NCBI GenBank assembly: GCA_013239625.1
Contig: MU053933.1
Span: forward strand, 2,565,026 to 2,629,025
Reading direction: 5' to 3'
From: Lama guanicoe
Taxonomy: Eukaryota
Length of the DNA: 64,000 nucleotides
Shown here: positions 47,693 through 60,145 of the stretch, one piece after another
How the letters are laid out: every line of letters begins with the position of its first letter
How positions within the stretch are numbered: the first letter of the stretch is position 1
The notes under the pieces: generated by a model
Told to the model about the DNA's origin: nothing
The model's database searches: none
The model's input: the letters and a program-made list of their open reading frames with translations, nothing else
Position numbers and translations under genes: made by a program

Positions 47693-50600
47693 GGGGATGT
47701 TCGCTGGTTTCCTAGTAACGGACACGTCCGAGGCGCTTCAACGCCGCAGCAAGGACTCTACTGCTTCCCGGCTGTTGCTCACACGTAAGCAAGTAAAGGC
47801 TAGCTGGCTCGTTTCGAGAGTTTAGAATTCTGTCTAATGAAATAAACGCCTTTTTCTCCTTCCTGTGAGAGTAGAAAGATAGTTTTCAAGAGTTTTACCC
47901 CAAGCTGATGTTCTGGGAACGCTAAATGTTGGAGGCTTGACTCTAGGACATAGATAAAAATAAAGTTAATGAGATAGCAGTCATGTCAGATGCTAAATGG
48001 CGTGTGGCTATTTAGGACAGTCTTCTCGAATTCAGTAGTCATTAGCTTGCAAAGATGTGACAGCTGAAGTCCGAGATTGATGTACTTTTAAAATTGGAGA
48101 AAGGGCTTTAAAGTATTTTTTTAGATTATGAGCCGTCAATTTAATGGTTATGGAAACCATATCTGATGCAGCAAAATCACTGCCACTCTGCTGTGGATTT
48201 CCTGATTCTCATGAGCGCAGGTGCTCTGTTTTTATGTTTCTCTTAAATAATCCTAAAGGAAGAAGAAAGAAAGGGGGAGAAAAAGGAGACGGACACAAAG
48301 TGAGGACGTCCCTTGGACGCTGGTCGCGTCAGGTGGGCTGGCCCTAAGACAGGGGCGTGAGTGGCATCTCCCGTCCCCGCACGGACTCGCTTCACTGAGG
48401 GCCTGTATGCCTCATCGTGCCGGTGGGCTCTCCGCTGCTCTGCCTTTCCAGAAGGCAGAATACACGGCGTTCATTGCGTGAGGAGGACTGTGCACGGTCA
48501 CTTCGTGAGGTGAAGGCAGTGTGTGAACATAGCCGCTGTTTCTACCTGGGTTTTTATAGGAACGCAGAGCAGACGTGACATAGGGTTGTGCGAGGTGACA
48601 GGCAGGGGGCCAGCTCGTCCCTGCATTTCATAGACTGTCTTGTGCCCTTTAGGTAAGAGGGGCCCAGGCGGACTCGTCAAACCAGGCGGGTCTCGAGGAT
48701 GGTACTGTCTCCTGTGTACCACGTGGTGCTCCTGCACAGGGCTGTCCACCGATTGGGTCAGGAGGCAGAAAGGAGGGGAAGGCCTGTACTGGGAGCCTTT
48801 CCAGGCGGGCGGAGTACCAGCTTAGCACTGACCGGTGTGAGCGGTTGCAGCGGGCTCTGGGCTGTGGCAGAGGTGCCGGTGGCCCGGCACCTGGCCCGAG
48901 GGATGGAGGGCAGGGGTGACTTCGGCTTGGTTGGTGTGGGGGGGACGGAGGCCCAGGGCAGTGTCCGCACTACGCCCGGCCTTTGCTGTCTCTCAGAATT
49001 GGCTATCCTGGGGTGGGGGCAGGCCCTCCCTGGGTCTGTAGGTCCCCAAACGCCAGGGCGTCGCAGAAAGGAAATGCAGTTAAACGAGTTTGCTGTGTGA
49101 CGAACGGTACCAAGGAGACAAATACTGCCCAGAGCCCAGGACAGCGCGGCTGGAACGCCCCCCTCCAGCGGCCGCGTGGCCCGCGGACCCCCAGGCAGAC
49201 ACGCAGAGGCCTCCTGAGAGGCTCAGCCGTGTCCTTCGCAGCCTGACGTGACCCCGAGTTACCTGACGACAGTGCAGTTCCTGGGTTTGGGGCTAAGGTG
49301 CTTCTGCTTCCAGCGGCGTCTTGCTTGGCAGCCTCCAGGAAGGCTGTGCCGTTAGGTTCCGCTGCTCCTGACGGGGCCCGCGTGCCTGGGCCGGGCCTCG
49401 CCTCGTAGGAGCCTTTGAACCCGCCCGCACGGCTCTGCCACCCGCCGCCCGGGTCACCAGGCTTACTGTGTCGGACTGATTCCTGCTACAGGAGTTTAGT
49501 TTGGGAGTGTGTGCCCACTTGGCAAGTTGTTCTCTTTACGAATATGCTTCTTATAAATTGTGGTCTGTCTTGATGTCAACTTTCGCCTCTTCCAGACCAA
49601 GCCTGTGAAGGAGACAGAGGACCTGGGGTTTCCTCGCTGTAAGGGAGCGGACAGGCAGCCTGGGGCGGGAAGCCACAGGGGAGCTTGGTCCCGGCCGGTG
49701 TGGCCTCGCCCAGGGTTGTGTCTGAGGGGCTGGCGGGCGCACAGGGAGCAGCCGGGCCTCTCCCTACCCCCCTCCCCCGCTTCTCAGATGGGGTTGGGGT
49801 CGGGGAGAGGGGCAGACTGGAGACTGGGCCCCCCCCCGAGCCCGGCTTCCTCCCAAACCCCTATGAAAACTGATCAGGGAGAGAAGGCAGAGTGATCTGC
49901 TTCTCAAACACGAGTCTGCAGGGGCTGGGGGTGGTCCTCAGTCCTGGGCGACCTCTTCCAGTGCCGTTGCATCGTGAGGAATCCAGAATCCAGACGGCCT
50001 GTCCTCCCACCTTTTTTAAGCTGCGTTTGCTTTGATCTGGGCTGCTCGGGACTCTGGCTGTCCGGCGCTCTCCCTCTTGGATGAGCGAGTGCTGCAAGTT
50101 CCAGCTCCACTTGCCTAATTGTTTCTTCTCGTTTCAAGCCCGTTAGGAGGCCCTGGGGCCAGTCCTAGTGGCTGCAGCTGCAGCCTGCATGGGTGCCACC
50201 TCAGAGTGGCTGGGGACAGAGTCGCAGGGCTCGGCCCGGCCCAGCAGCCGTGCTCCGGTGTGCCCTTCCAGCCTGGTGACCGCGGTGCGCGGCCGTTTCA
50301 TTTATTGGTGCCTAACTTGCTCTCATGTGTGGCACGGCTATAATTAATAAAGAACCCCATGGAAAGCCCCCATTTTTAAATGTAGTAGTGACTTCGTATT
50401 ACGAAAGAGCTCCAAAGAGATTTTCTTGTCTCTTATTTAAAGAGACTGAGGACGATCGTGGCCTCCTTTCTGGTGGTCGCCTCGGGCTCTCTTGGCTCTG
50501 AGTCCTGCGGGCTGCTTTCGAGTTCCTCGGTCGGGTTTGTGCTGTGTGCCCAAACCTGAGAGAAATCCCCAACCCCCACAGCCCCCAGGACGGCGGCCGG

Positions 50601-51039
50601 CAGGAATGCTGGCCCAGAGGCGTGTTGCCGGGAAGGACCTGTCATCGGAGCTGCGGAGCGGCTGCGTCAGACTGGAGGGAGGGGGGCTCCGTGACGTCCA
50701 GCTGCAGCTTTTACTAAACAAGGCATCTTGTAGGTCTCAGGCCTGGCCCTGGGGGCACAGCCAGAGCACAGGACCATGGGAGAGGGTCATCTCCAGCCCA
50801 GCGGCCACAGAGCCGCAGCGGCTCCACCCCACCCAGGGCTTTGGGACCCTCCATCCAGCCCATCTCCAGGCGAGCAGTGAGCCTGGCAGTGCTGCCCTGA
50901 GGGACTCGCCACCGGCCTGTCCCGAGTCCTGGAGAGTCACGTCGAAAGTAACCCCCCCACCCCCCTGAATCTAAGTCCCAAGCTTAGACGGCTGGAAGAG
51001 GGAGTTCACTGTTTCCCAAAGGAATCTGCCCCAGACGTG

Positions 51040-51172
51040 GGAAAGCTTTTGCCGGAAGCTTCTCTCCCCACCGAACCACAGGGCCACGTCAGCCTAGTTG
51101 AGTTTGTCAGCAAGAGACACATGGCCACAAAGTCTAAAACACTTCTTATCTGGCCCTTGATCCAAAAGATTA
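51040..51172. mobile_element. MER58-like hAT-Charlie fragment
   Basis: 'agagacacatggccacaaagtctaaaacacttcttatctggccctt' matches MER58 (agagaccatatggcccgcaaagcctaaaatatttactatctggcccttt). Confidence 0.65.
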
Positions 51173-51872
51173 CGAATGAAATATGTAATTGAATTAAAGT
51201 TACAAAATTTGAATCTATTTCTGTAAAAAATGTTAATTTAAGTAAACAAAGCAAAACAGTATCATGTTTTAACATTTTCAGAAAATATTTTTCCAAAATT
51301 ATTAAAAGTCAGTTTTTAAAAATTTTAAACATACAAATTACAGTTAATATCAAATGTTGAAATTATTTTTAAAAAGCTGTACCTTTAACTCTTTGCATAT
51401 TAATCACTTTACAAAACTAGGAGTTTTTAGATCCTGGGGTCTGTGGTGCGCCTGGTTGCCTGCGGAGATCATGTCCATGCGCCTCCACTCCGGGTGGGGT
51501 GGGCGGGGGCGCCGGTGGGCCCGGGCAGCCTGGGCTCCGGGTGCAGCCAGAAGGGTCCGCGTCCTGCGCACCCTTGGAAAGTTAATTGGAAAGGGGATGC
51601 CAGGCGTCGCTGGGAAGGGAGCTTTGTTGTGCAAAATACAGTTGGTCGAGTTAGAGAAAGTTCCAGGATTGACTGGTTTGTCGTTTCTCTCACGGAGGGG
51701 CTCGTCCTCCCCGTCACTGCCCCCAGGGCAGCCCACGGTTTCCGGGTCCTGGGATGCCGGGCAGTGGGCAGTGCTGTGCCGGCCCTGGTGCCAACCAGCG
51801 CCCTGAGATGTGCACGCGGACGCGGGCGCGCGTGAGACGTGGGCCTGCTCAGCGCCCAGCAGCGCCCCAGCT

Positions 51873-51924
51873 GGGGCGGGAAGGGAAGGAAAGGGAAGGG
51901 AAGGGAGCCGGGCTGCAGGGCGGG
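51873..51924 (+). repeat. (GGGAA)n polypurine / G-run cluster
   Basis: 'ggggcgggaagggaaggaaagggaagggaagggagccgggctgcagggcggg'. Confidence 0.7.
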
Positions 51925-54720
51925 CAGCGGGCATCGAGGAGAGGCGCCCTGGCCCCGCACCTGGCCCCTTGCTCGGCTCCCAGAGCCTGTGCGCTGGGCT
52001 GTGGGCCTGTGACTCTGTGCAGCCCCTTTGGCCGACGGGCTGCTCGGTGGTCCTCCTTCACTGTTCTGGGAGCTCCGGGGTTTAGAGCGACGGGCTTGGG
52101 CTGCAGGGCTTCGTGCTTGCTGTGAAGGTTGCGTCTTTCTTCCGTCCTGGTGGAGTGTGTCTCTGCCGGAGCTGAAGGGTTACCTGTCCGTGCCCGGGGA
52201 AGGGGCGCCCAGAATCACCGCTGCTGGCCACCCAGCACCGGCATCTGTTTGGTGAGCCAGCCGGGCTCGGGGGGAGCCGGCTCCCACGTGTTGTGTCGCC
52301 GGCAGGCCAGTGCGTTGCAGCCCCGGCCGAGGGCATGGCATGGGGCCGGGGCTGGCAGCGCCCGTCCCTGGGGCTCTGGCCATGGGGACCGTCCTCAGCG
52401 TCGGGGGGCGGCGATGTAAACGGAGGCACAGGAGCCGCTCTGAGAGGAAAGGTAATTGTCTTCTGTTCTGAGACGGAGATGCTGGGCTCCCCGTGTGGTG
52501 CAGCGCGTTTTCGGGGGGGCTGCTTTGTGAGGTATCTTGTCCACGCCGGTTACTTTGTGCCTTTCCTTTGAAAGTACCTCTTTCTGCTGGCATTTCATAG
52601 AGTTGTAGCTTGGGGCTGGCTTAGAAAGGCAGACTTTAAAAACGCGTCTGTGAACATGCGTAGAAGTCACTTTAGCCTCAGAGAGACGTGTAGGAGCCTC
52701 GGAGCCTGCAGCCTGGAGCCCCAGAGGGCCCTCCCTGGAGGCTTGGTGACGATTTAGCTGCTGCTCTTTTGCTGCTGCTCCGCGTTCCCACTTCCCTCAC
52801 GGTAACACCACTCTTCGTGCTGTAGTGAGACTGTGGCACCGCTGTTAGCCTTTTCCTTTTAAAAACACTGAGAGCAAATTCCTTATATTCAAAATCCAGG
52901 TGATTTCAGTCTTTAATTCAACTGGAGGTTTTAGGGCATTGAAATCAAAGTTTTTTTTCTTAATACCAGATTCAGAAGTTGTGTGTGAGTATAATGCCAC
53001 AGACTGCTGGCTTTGGGGTGAACTGCTGCTCTGACGGTGTGGAGCGTTTGTGCGCTGAGAGAGGGCGTCATAGGAGCAGGGGTGCTTCTGGGAGGGGCAC
53101 CACCTTACTGCTCACCGGCTGACGGGGCTGGGACTCTGGCTGCCACCAGCTCGGCACCTTGGGGGTCTTCTGTGCCAGGAGAGCGTTGTCTCTGCAGGAG
53201 GTGAAACGAGCCACGGGTTCCGAGTGTGGCTTCCTGAGAGAGGGCAGGAGCGGTCGGGGCTGGAGTCAGCGACCTCCCGTGGCAGCTCCTGCCAGGTGCC
53301 AGGCGCCGTGCTCAGGGAGCTCTGCGTCTCGCACGGGAGGGGCCTCCTGACACGAGGCCTTCCCGGCGCCAAGCCCGCCGGTGTGTCCAGGACAGAGGCA
53401 CGTCCCCAGGGCCCGTGTCCCTGCTCTCGACCCACACGCGCGTCAGGTGTCGCCGTTGGCCCTCAGCCAGACATGAACAGCACGGCGGGGTTAAGGTGCG
53501 CAACAGAAGAGCAAGGTGGGAGCCAAGCCCGCAGGAAGCTCCATCCAGACGCCCCGAAGCTACAGCTGCCCTGCTTTTCCGCAGCACTTCATCACTCAGC
53601 ACGAAGGCGGGGAACATCTGAGGGTCTGAGAGGAGTCCTGCCAGCTCCCTGCCGGGACTTGCTGCGGGTCAGGCGGTCTGTCCTGGCCCTGCGGTGTGCA
53701 GGCTCAGACACCTCCACCACCCGCGCTGGAGGCTTCTTCTTCAGTAGGAAAACCATCCCCAGATATGCTGCACTTCTGGAGCAGCGTCTCGAGAACTGGG
53801 CGCCACAAGACGCGGCGGTAAAGCCGCGCGCTGAGGGTGTGCGCTGGGCGCCCCGTGTGTGTGGGCTCGCGGTGGGCTCTGCCAGACTGCAGAAGGTGGA
53901 CGTTAGTGCCCATTTCTGTTTATAATATGCTGTATGTTTGAAGCTAACAAAAATGCCTTTAAAAAGTTATGATTCCTATTTATAATTTGCCCTATATTTG
54001 GAGCTTATAAAAATGCCTTTATGAGTGTTATTAAGACTGGCCATCCCATTTATAGGAAACTGGGAGAGTTTTACAGGGTGTGAAGTGTAGCTTTCAGTGC
54101 TGTGTAATTTTGAGGTGCTCCGAATCACGTGTGTTAAAACCTCTCCCAAGGCTGGTGTGACACGTGCCTTTGGGAGCTCAGTTACTTGTCGGCACGGGCC
54201 AGCCTGCTGCGCTCGGGGGCAGTACACTTCCAGCGGACTTTCCCTGCTCCTGAGCCACCCACGTGGTCACTGCCTCCCATGGCGCAGGCTGTTGGCTGCT
54301 GACGCTGTGTGAGACTCAGGTGCGTTAGCTCAGTCGTCAGAAAACTATGATTGGAAGAGAATAATGTGCAATTTAAACATTGCCCAGGAGCCCCCAGAGC
54401 CGAGGCGGCTGCCTTGGCAGGTGCTGCCAGCCCAGGACCCGAGGCGGGCCTGGAGCCCAGGTCACACCACGAGGACAGTCGGACACGTGCACAGCCCTCC
54501 CCGGGCCCCACCAGCCCATGGAGGCAGGCTGCTGGGGGATGGCCCCTGAAGACTCTGTGACGTCCTTTCTTCATAAATTGAGCTGATTGTGGACACAGAC
54601 CGTCCCTGAGGAGCAGGCAGCTGTCATGCCAGGCTTCCTCCCTGGTTCCTCCTTGCTGAGAGAGCACCTTTTAGTGAGGTGCAGAGCATGTGACAGTGGG
54701 GGTATGGGGTGAAGGGCACT

Positions 54721-55133
54721 TATCCATCCATCCACCCATCCACCCACCCAGCATCCATTCATCCACCCATCTCCCCATCCAGCATCCATTCATCCACCCA
54801 TCTCCCCATCCATCCACCAGTCCATCCATTCATCTGTCTGTCCATCCACCCATCCACCCACCTATCCACCCACCCACCTATCTACCTACCCACTCTGTCC
54901 ATCCACCCACTCGTCTATCCACCCACCCATACACCTATCTATTCATCCATCCACCGACCCATCCCGTCACCTACTCATCCATCCACCAATCCATCCATTC
55001 GTCTGTCCCTCCACCTACCCACTCTGTCTGTCCACCCCCATCCACCTACTCATGCATCATCCATTCATCCACCCACCAATCTACCATCCATCCGTCCATC
55101 CACCCATCTACCATCCATCCGTCCATCCATCCA
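54721..55133. repeat. Degenerate (CCAT/CCAC)n tetranucleotide microsatellite, ~410 bp
   Basis: Continuous atcc/accc/atct units. This tract produces the low-complexity H/P/S/I ORFs in the track. Confidence 0.95.
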
Positions 55134-57989
55134 GCAGGTGGCCATTAAGCCTTCTGGGTGCCAGCACCAGGCATCTGGGTGTGCACGAGACAGGTGTGGG
55201 TGACAGGGTGGCAGGGGCAGAGGGACGGCTTCAGCTTTCAGGCTTGGGGTTTGCTCTAGAGTGGGCTATGAAGCGCCGTTTGGCGAGGAGGGTGGATCCG
55301 TGTGATGCGCTGCTGCTGTGCTGTGTAGGTCAGGAGCCAGTCTCTGGCCGGAGTGGGAGAGGCGCTCACGTCCGGAGAGTGGCTGACCCCTGGTGACCAG
55401 CAGCGGTCATGGATGGCAGGCCCAGGTGTCCCGGGCGCCACTGTGACAGACGCGAGGATGCGTTTCATTTCATTGGTGCGGACGGCGTCCTGTCAGCTCC
55501 CCGGTGAGGGCTCCTTCCACTGGGGTGCCTTCCAGGGGAGGGCAGGGCCGCCCGAGTCTGACGGCTGAAATTCTGAAGCAAACGTGTGGAGTTAGACTTG
55601 TGAACCCTGCTTGAAATGCTAGGAAACTGGATCACATCTTAGCAGTGCCTATTCTTAGTGCATTATTAGTGCTCATGTTGAAAATACAGTTCACGTTACC
55701 ATCTTTTCCCTTTGATTCCAGAAAATAAAGTATAATTTTCGAGTAAAGGGGATTTTAATTAGGTCATGTTAAACAGAGCAAATGTGGGCCGTGTTTCAAA
55801 TGCATTGTTGCTGTTTATCCATTTCAAAGGACGGAGTATGGTTATAAAAAATAATACTTTATGAAGCTTTTTTCAGTTTACTGTAGTCAGCCAAGCTGGT
55901 GTGTCGTTTTGTTGTTCTGGCGTCCGCAGTTTGTGTTCATCTCTAAGCGGTTACTGCTCAGAGATGAGCAGGAGATGTGGCAAAGAAGAGAGAGGAGGGG
56001 GCGTGTGCACACACGTGGGTGCGTGTGAGCACGTGGGGCGGGCTGGGCGGTCGAGGGGGCCGTGACCATGTAAGAGGCAAGCCCGGCGCTCTGGGACACA
56101 GCTGGCCCTTGCGGTCCCCGAGGGACCCAGGCTTCTTTTGTTCCGCGGCTTCGCTTCTTTAACAGAGGCCTCTGGAGTCACCTGGAGGTGGCCCCACCCC
56201 AGTCCAGCAAGAGGAAGGCGGGAAAGTACAGAGGAGGCTGTTTCCCTCGGGACACGAGCCTGCGTCTTCGCCGGTCACCCCGCCCAGGCCTCCGTCCAGG
56301 GCTCTGGGGTCCTCGCTGTGTGGGTGTGGCGCTGCTCCGGGGGCAGGCCCCCCGCGGCAGAGACGCTCGTTCAGCAGGTGGGGTGGCAGGCAGGGCCTCA
56401 GCGGTGGGGGCGCCCTGCCCGTTCCCCGGCATCGTGCGCTCCGCCCAGCGCGTGCGTGTTTACACCCCGGGCTTCCCGGGGGGGTCTTGTTCTCCCAACC
56501 GCTGGCTCTGTCCCGGGGGTTCTGTCTTGTCCTCCAGAGCCTCGTCTGAGGTGGGTGTTGGGCAGAACGTAGGAAGGGGCAGGGGACCGTCTGAAAATTT
56601 TCCTGTAGGCTTCATAAATTACAGTTTAACCTCAGGCAAGACTTGTTTCTGCATATTTGTTCGGTGTAAATACACATGTTTAGAAGAGTGTGTAATGGTG
56701 ATGACTGAGTGCAATAAATGACTCAAGTTTGCAGAGCTGTGTCGGAGAGCTTTATGTCTTTGGTGCCCTTTGGTGCCCTTGTGCCAGTGACGCTGGTTTA
56801 TGGAGACTCGTGGGGAGTCGGGGCTCCCCGGCAGGACTAGCTCAGGGCCGCCTGGCTCTCCCCGTCGGGCCCCCAGGCGCCCTGAGATCCCAGACCTTCT
56901 CAGTGGTCCCGCGTCCCTCAGTGTGTCCTCTACCTGTGAGCATTTAATTCTGTCCCCGTTTTGCTTCATTGCTCTGTCTCTGAGGTCTGACGTTTTGCTA
57001 AAACCTACCAGCTCCAGCATTCGCTGACGTCCGTGAGAAGTGTGCGGCCCTTGTGCTCAGCGGTAACTGCGGCGGGGACTGGGCGGGGGCAGGGCCTGCC
57101 GGATCGCCGTGGCCAGTTTCAGGGGACGGTCTGCCCCTTCTCAGGCTGCTGCGGGGTCCGCACAGCAAGGTGTTTGCGTGTAGAAGGAGGGCTTGGAATA
57201 AAGTTTTTTCTCAGTATGGAAGCAGTATTTATTGTAAGAATTAGGAGATGCAGAATAAACTATGGAAAAGCTAAGGTGATAATCCTTGTAGCAAAATCAT
57301 TGAATGTGAACAAGTCTGCATAATTTTCTTCGAATTCCTGGAACTGAATTTAGATTTAGGAGTTTAGTGACCGTTTACAGCCTCGGATTTTGGTATTATT
57401 GCCAGAAATCCAGTGGTTTTCAGGTGCCTGACTCCTGCCTGGGGCCACTTGCGGGTCCCCCGGGAGGAGAGCACCCACGAGGAGAGGAGTGACTGGCCCT
57501 GCCCCTCCGCCTTTTGGTGCCCAGTGGGACAAGGGGGACCCAGGGCCCCCAGACGTGCCAGGGTGGCTGGCGGCTTGTCCAGCAGGCTGGCTAAGAGTCA
57601 CCCAAAGAACACAGTTTCAGTGCAGCCCTCTGTCGTCCGTCACCTTCAGCCTCACGCAGAGTAAAGCGCGGACAGGGGGCTGAGGACCGGGGCTCCGGCA
57701 CAGAGTCCAGGGCAGCGTGGCTGTGTTAGCCCCAGAGAAGCTGCTTTTCGTGTTTTCATCACTCACACTTTGCTGCATCGCTCTGTTCACTTGCTTCTCC
57801 CAAATCTTAGTTGCTCCCGGCACCATCACTCCTTCACAGCCACTCGCACACCGGGCTGTCCCCGCAGTGCTTGGTCAGCGTTCCCCGCAGCTCAGCTCCG
57901 TAGTTCTCTCGGTGCTCAGCGCAACTGATCATTGCGTCTGTGCAGAGGCTCTAGCTTCATGTGTCTAGAGCTCTCGTCTGTTAGACGCT

Positions 57990-58200
57990 GTCCTGGCTGT
58001 GACTTCAACTCATAGTCGTGTGGGCTTTGATCATAAGTGAGGTGGAACTGTGTTTGCTGCCTCACTATTTGGCTGCAGTAGGCATCTCCCTAGAGAGGAG
58101 CTCAGTCTGGGCAGCTTTGCCCCTTTGGTGTTCTTCCCCACGCCTTGAGCTCCGTGGTTCATTATCCCATCTGCTGTCGTGGTCCCTGGGTGGTCGAGCA
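57990..58200 (-). mobile_element. Possible L1ME fragment
   Basis: 'tttgatcataagtgaggtggaactgtgttt...ctatttggc...ctttgccc' resembles antisense L1 (tgattactagtgaggttgagcatcttttc). Confidence 0.4.
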
Positions 58201-59789
58201 GAAGACCCGAGACGTGGCCTGCGAGGTCGTGGGCTGGCGAGCACGTTCTCCCGGCCGTGTTAGCTCTCCCGGGAGCCGAGCGGCCGGGCTCTGGCAGCAC
58301 CACGGCGCTGAGGCTGCAGGCGGCGCAGCGGTCAGCCAGGCCTTGTTGGCCCCTGAGGGGGCCCGTCCAGTGTTTCCATCAAGGCCCGCTTTCTCTTGTG
58401 GCACGTGAGCCTGGAGATCTGATTTACCAGAACAGCCACCCGTGACAAGGGACGTGGACACTGTGAACGTGTGGCCTGGTCCGTGCTGGAGCAGGGGCCA
58501 TAGGTGACGCCCCGAGACCTTGCGGTGTGCAGGCCCGGCACAGTGCCCCCAGCCCGCGGACCCGCCGCCCGCCGACACTACAGCCGTCCTCGTCCTCCAG
58601 GCGGCTCCGGGGGCAGAGGGACCTCTGACAGCGCGGGCGTAACCCCCGAGCGAGCAGAGGGCCGCCTTCGTCGCCAGCCGAGCCCAGCGGACCCCTTCAC
58701 GTCAGTGACCGGGTTACCGCGGCTGCGTTTGCGAGCGCCTCCCACTCAGGCTCGGCAGCTGAGGGTGTGACTTGTCACGCGTAGGCGTGTTTCAGAGGAG
58801 CCCACATCGGGACCCGGGTGTCTGTCAAGACGTGATGAGGTAGCCCCGACGTTCCGGGGGGACCACCCACCACTGTCCTACCGGCGGGTGCCCCACGTGG
58901 GAGAGGAGCTCAGGGCCGGGTAGGCAAGGGCGGCGGCGTGGGGAGCACACAGGAGGGCCGGGAGCACGCAGGAGGACCCGCCGGCCCTGGGGAGAAGGTT
59001 CTCCCGGCCGTCCCAGGGAAGCCTGCTGCCAGGCGCTGGGGGGCGGCAGTATGAGGGACGCGGGATTCGGGCTGTGGCGTCCGCTGCGGGCTGCTGCCGC
59101 TTCTTCCCCAGGGCGCCCGGCGTGCGCGGGGCCGGCTCTCGGCTGCGGCCCCTCCACACTGTGGTGCTGGGTCCGCCCCCGCCCGGTTCCCTCGGGACCT
59201 TGTGCCGTCTGTCCCCTGAGGTCTGGACGGTACCAGGAGCTCCTCTGCATTCGGACAAGCACGGCGCAGTCGGCATGTTTCAGTAAGAATTCCAAGTTAG
59301 GAAGCGTTGATGAGGGCCAGCACCTCTCCTTCCGGCAAAGACAAGCCCACGGCGCCGCCCGGCAGCCAGCGAGGGTTTCGGGGCGCAGGGTGCTTTATAT
59401 CTGGGGAAGCAGCTGTAACACCGAGTGAAGACTCTGGGGGGTGGGGTGCTGCGGGCCAGGATAGCTGTTAACCAGCAGCACCTCGTCTAGGAAAGTGAGG
59501 GGGACCCTGCGTGTGTGGCTCTGGCTTTGGCTGCAGCGGCCGAGCTTGGGGTCACCTGTTCGCCTGTCCTCACAGGCGTGTGGCAGGAGCGGGGGTTGCA
59601 GAGCAAAGGAGCCCGCGCCCCCCGCCCTCACGGCCCGGGGCAGGAGGCTGGCCGCCAGGAGACCCAGACTGCAGGTCACAGACGGCGCCCCCCAGGTCAG
59701 GGCAGACCCTCCCTGAGCAGGTCCCTGTGCGGAGGCACCGCCCTGCGGGGGCCGTGACGGCCACGGCGGGAAAGAGAGGTCTGTGTCAG

Positions 59790-60145
59790 GGCGCTGACGC
59801 CCACAGAATGCCTCGCTGGGGTTTTGACTGGGATGGAGCCCAGTCTGTAGATCAAGCTGGGAAGAGCCGGTATCGCCAGTAACGTGCAGGGATTGTCTCT
59901 CCATTTATTTAGTTCTTGGATTTTGTTATCAGAGTTTTGCACTTTAACTCATATAGAGTCTGTTGTTAAGTTTATACCCAAGAACTTCATTTTGGGAGGG
60001 CGGTGCTTATGTAAATGCTGTTGTGTTGTTTATGGCAGATTCCAGCTCGTTGCTCGTAGAGAGGAGGCAGTTGACTTTGGTGCATTAACCTTGTAGTCTG
60101 CGACCCTGCGGTCGTTGCTTACTGGGTCGAGGAGGGTTTTTGTTA
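59790..60145 (-). mobile_element. L1M ORF2 fragment
   Basis: The minus-strand translation ELNKWRDNPC...LPSLIYRLGSIPVKTP corresponds to L1 ORF2 (DLNKWRDIPC...LPKLIYRFNAIPIKIP). Confidence 0.8.

Noticed and set aside
54690-55203. His/Pro/Ser/Ile-rich ORFs
   Set aside because: These are translations of the (CCAT)n microsatellite.
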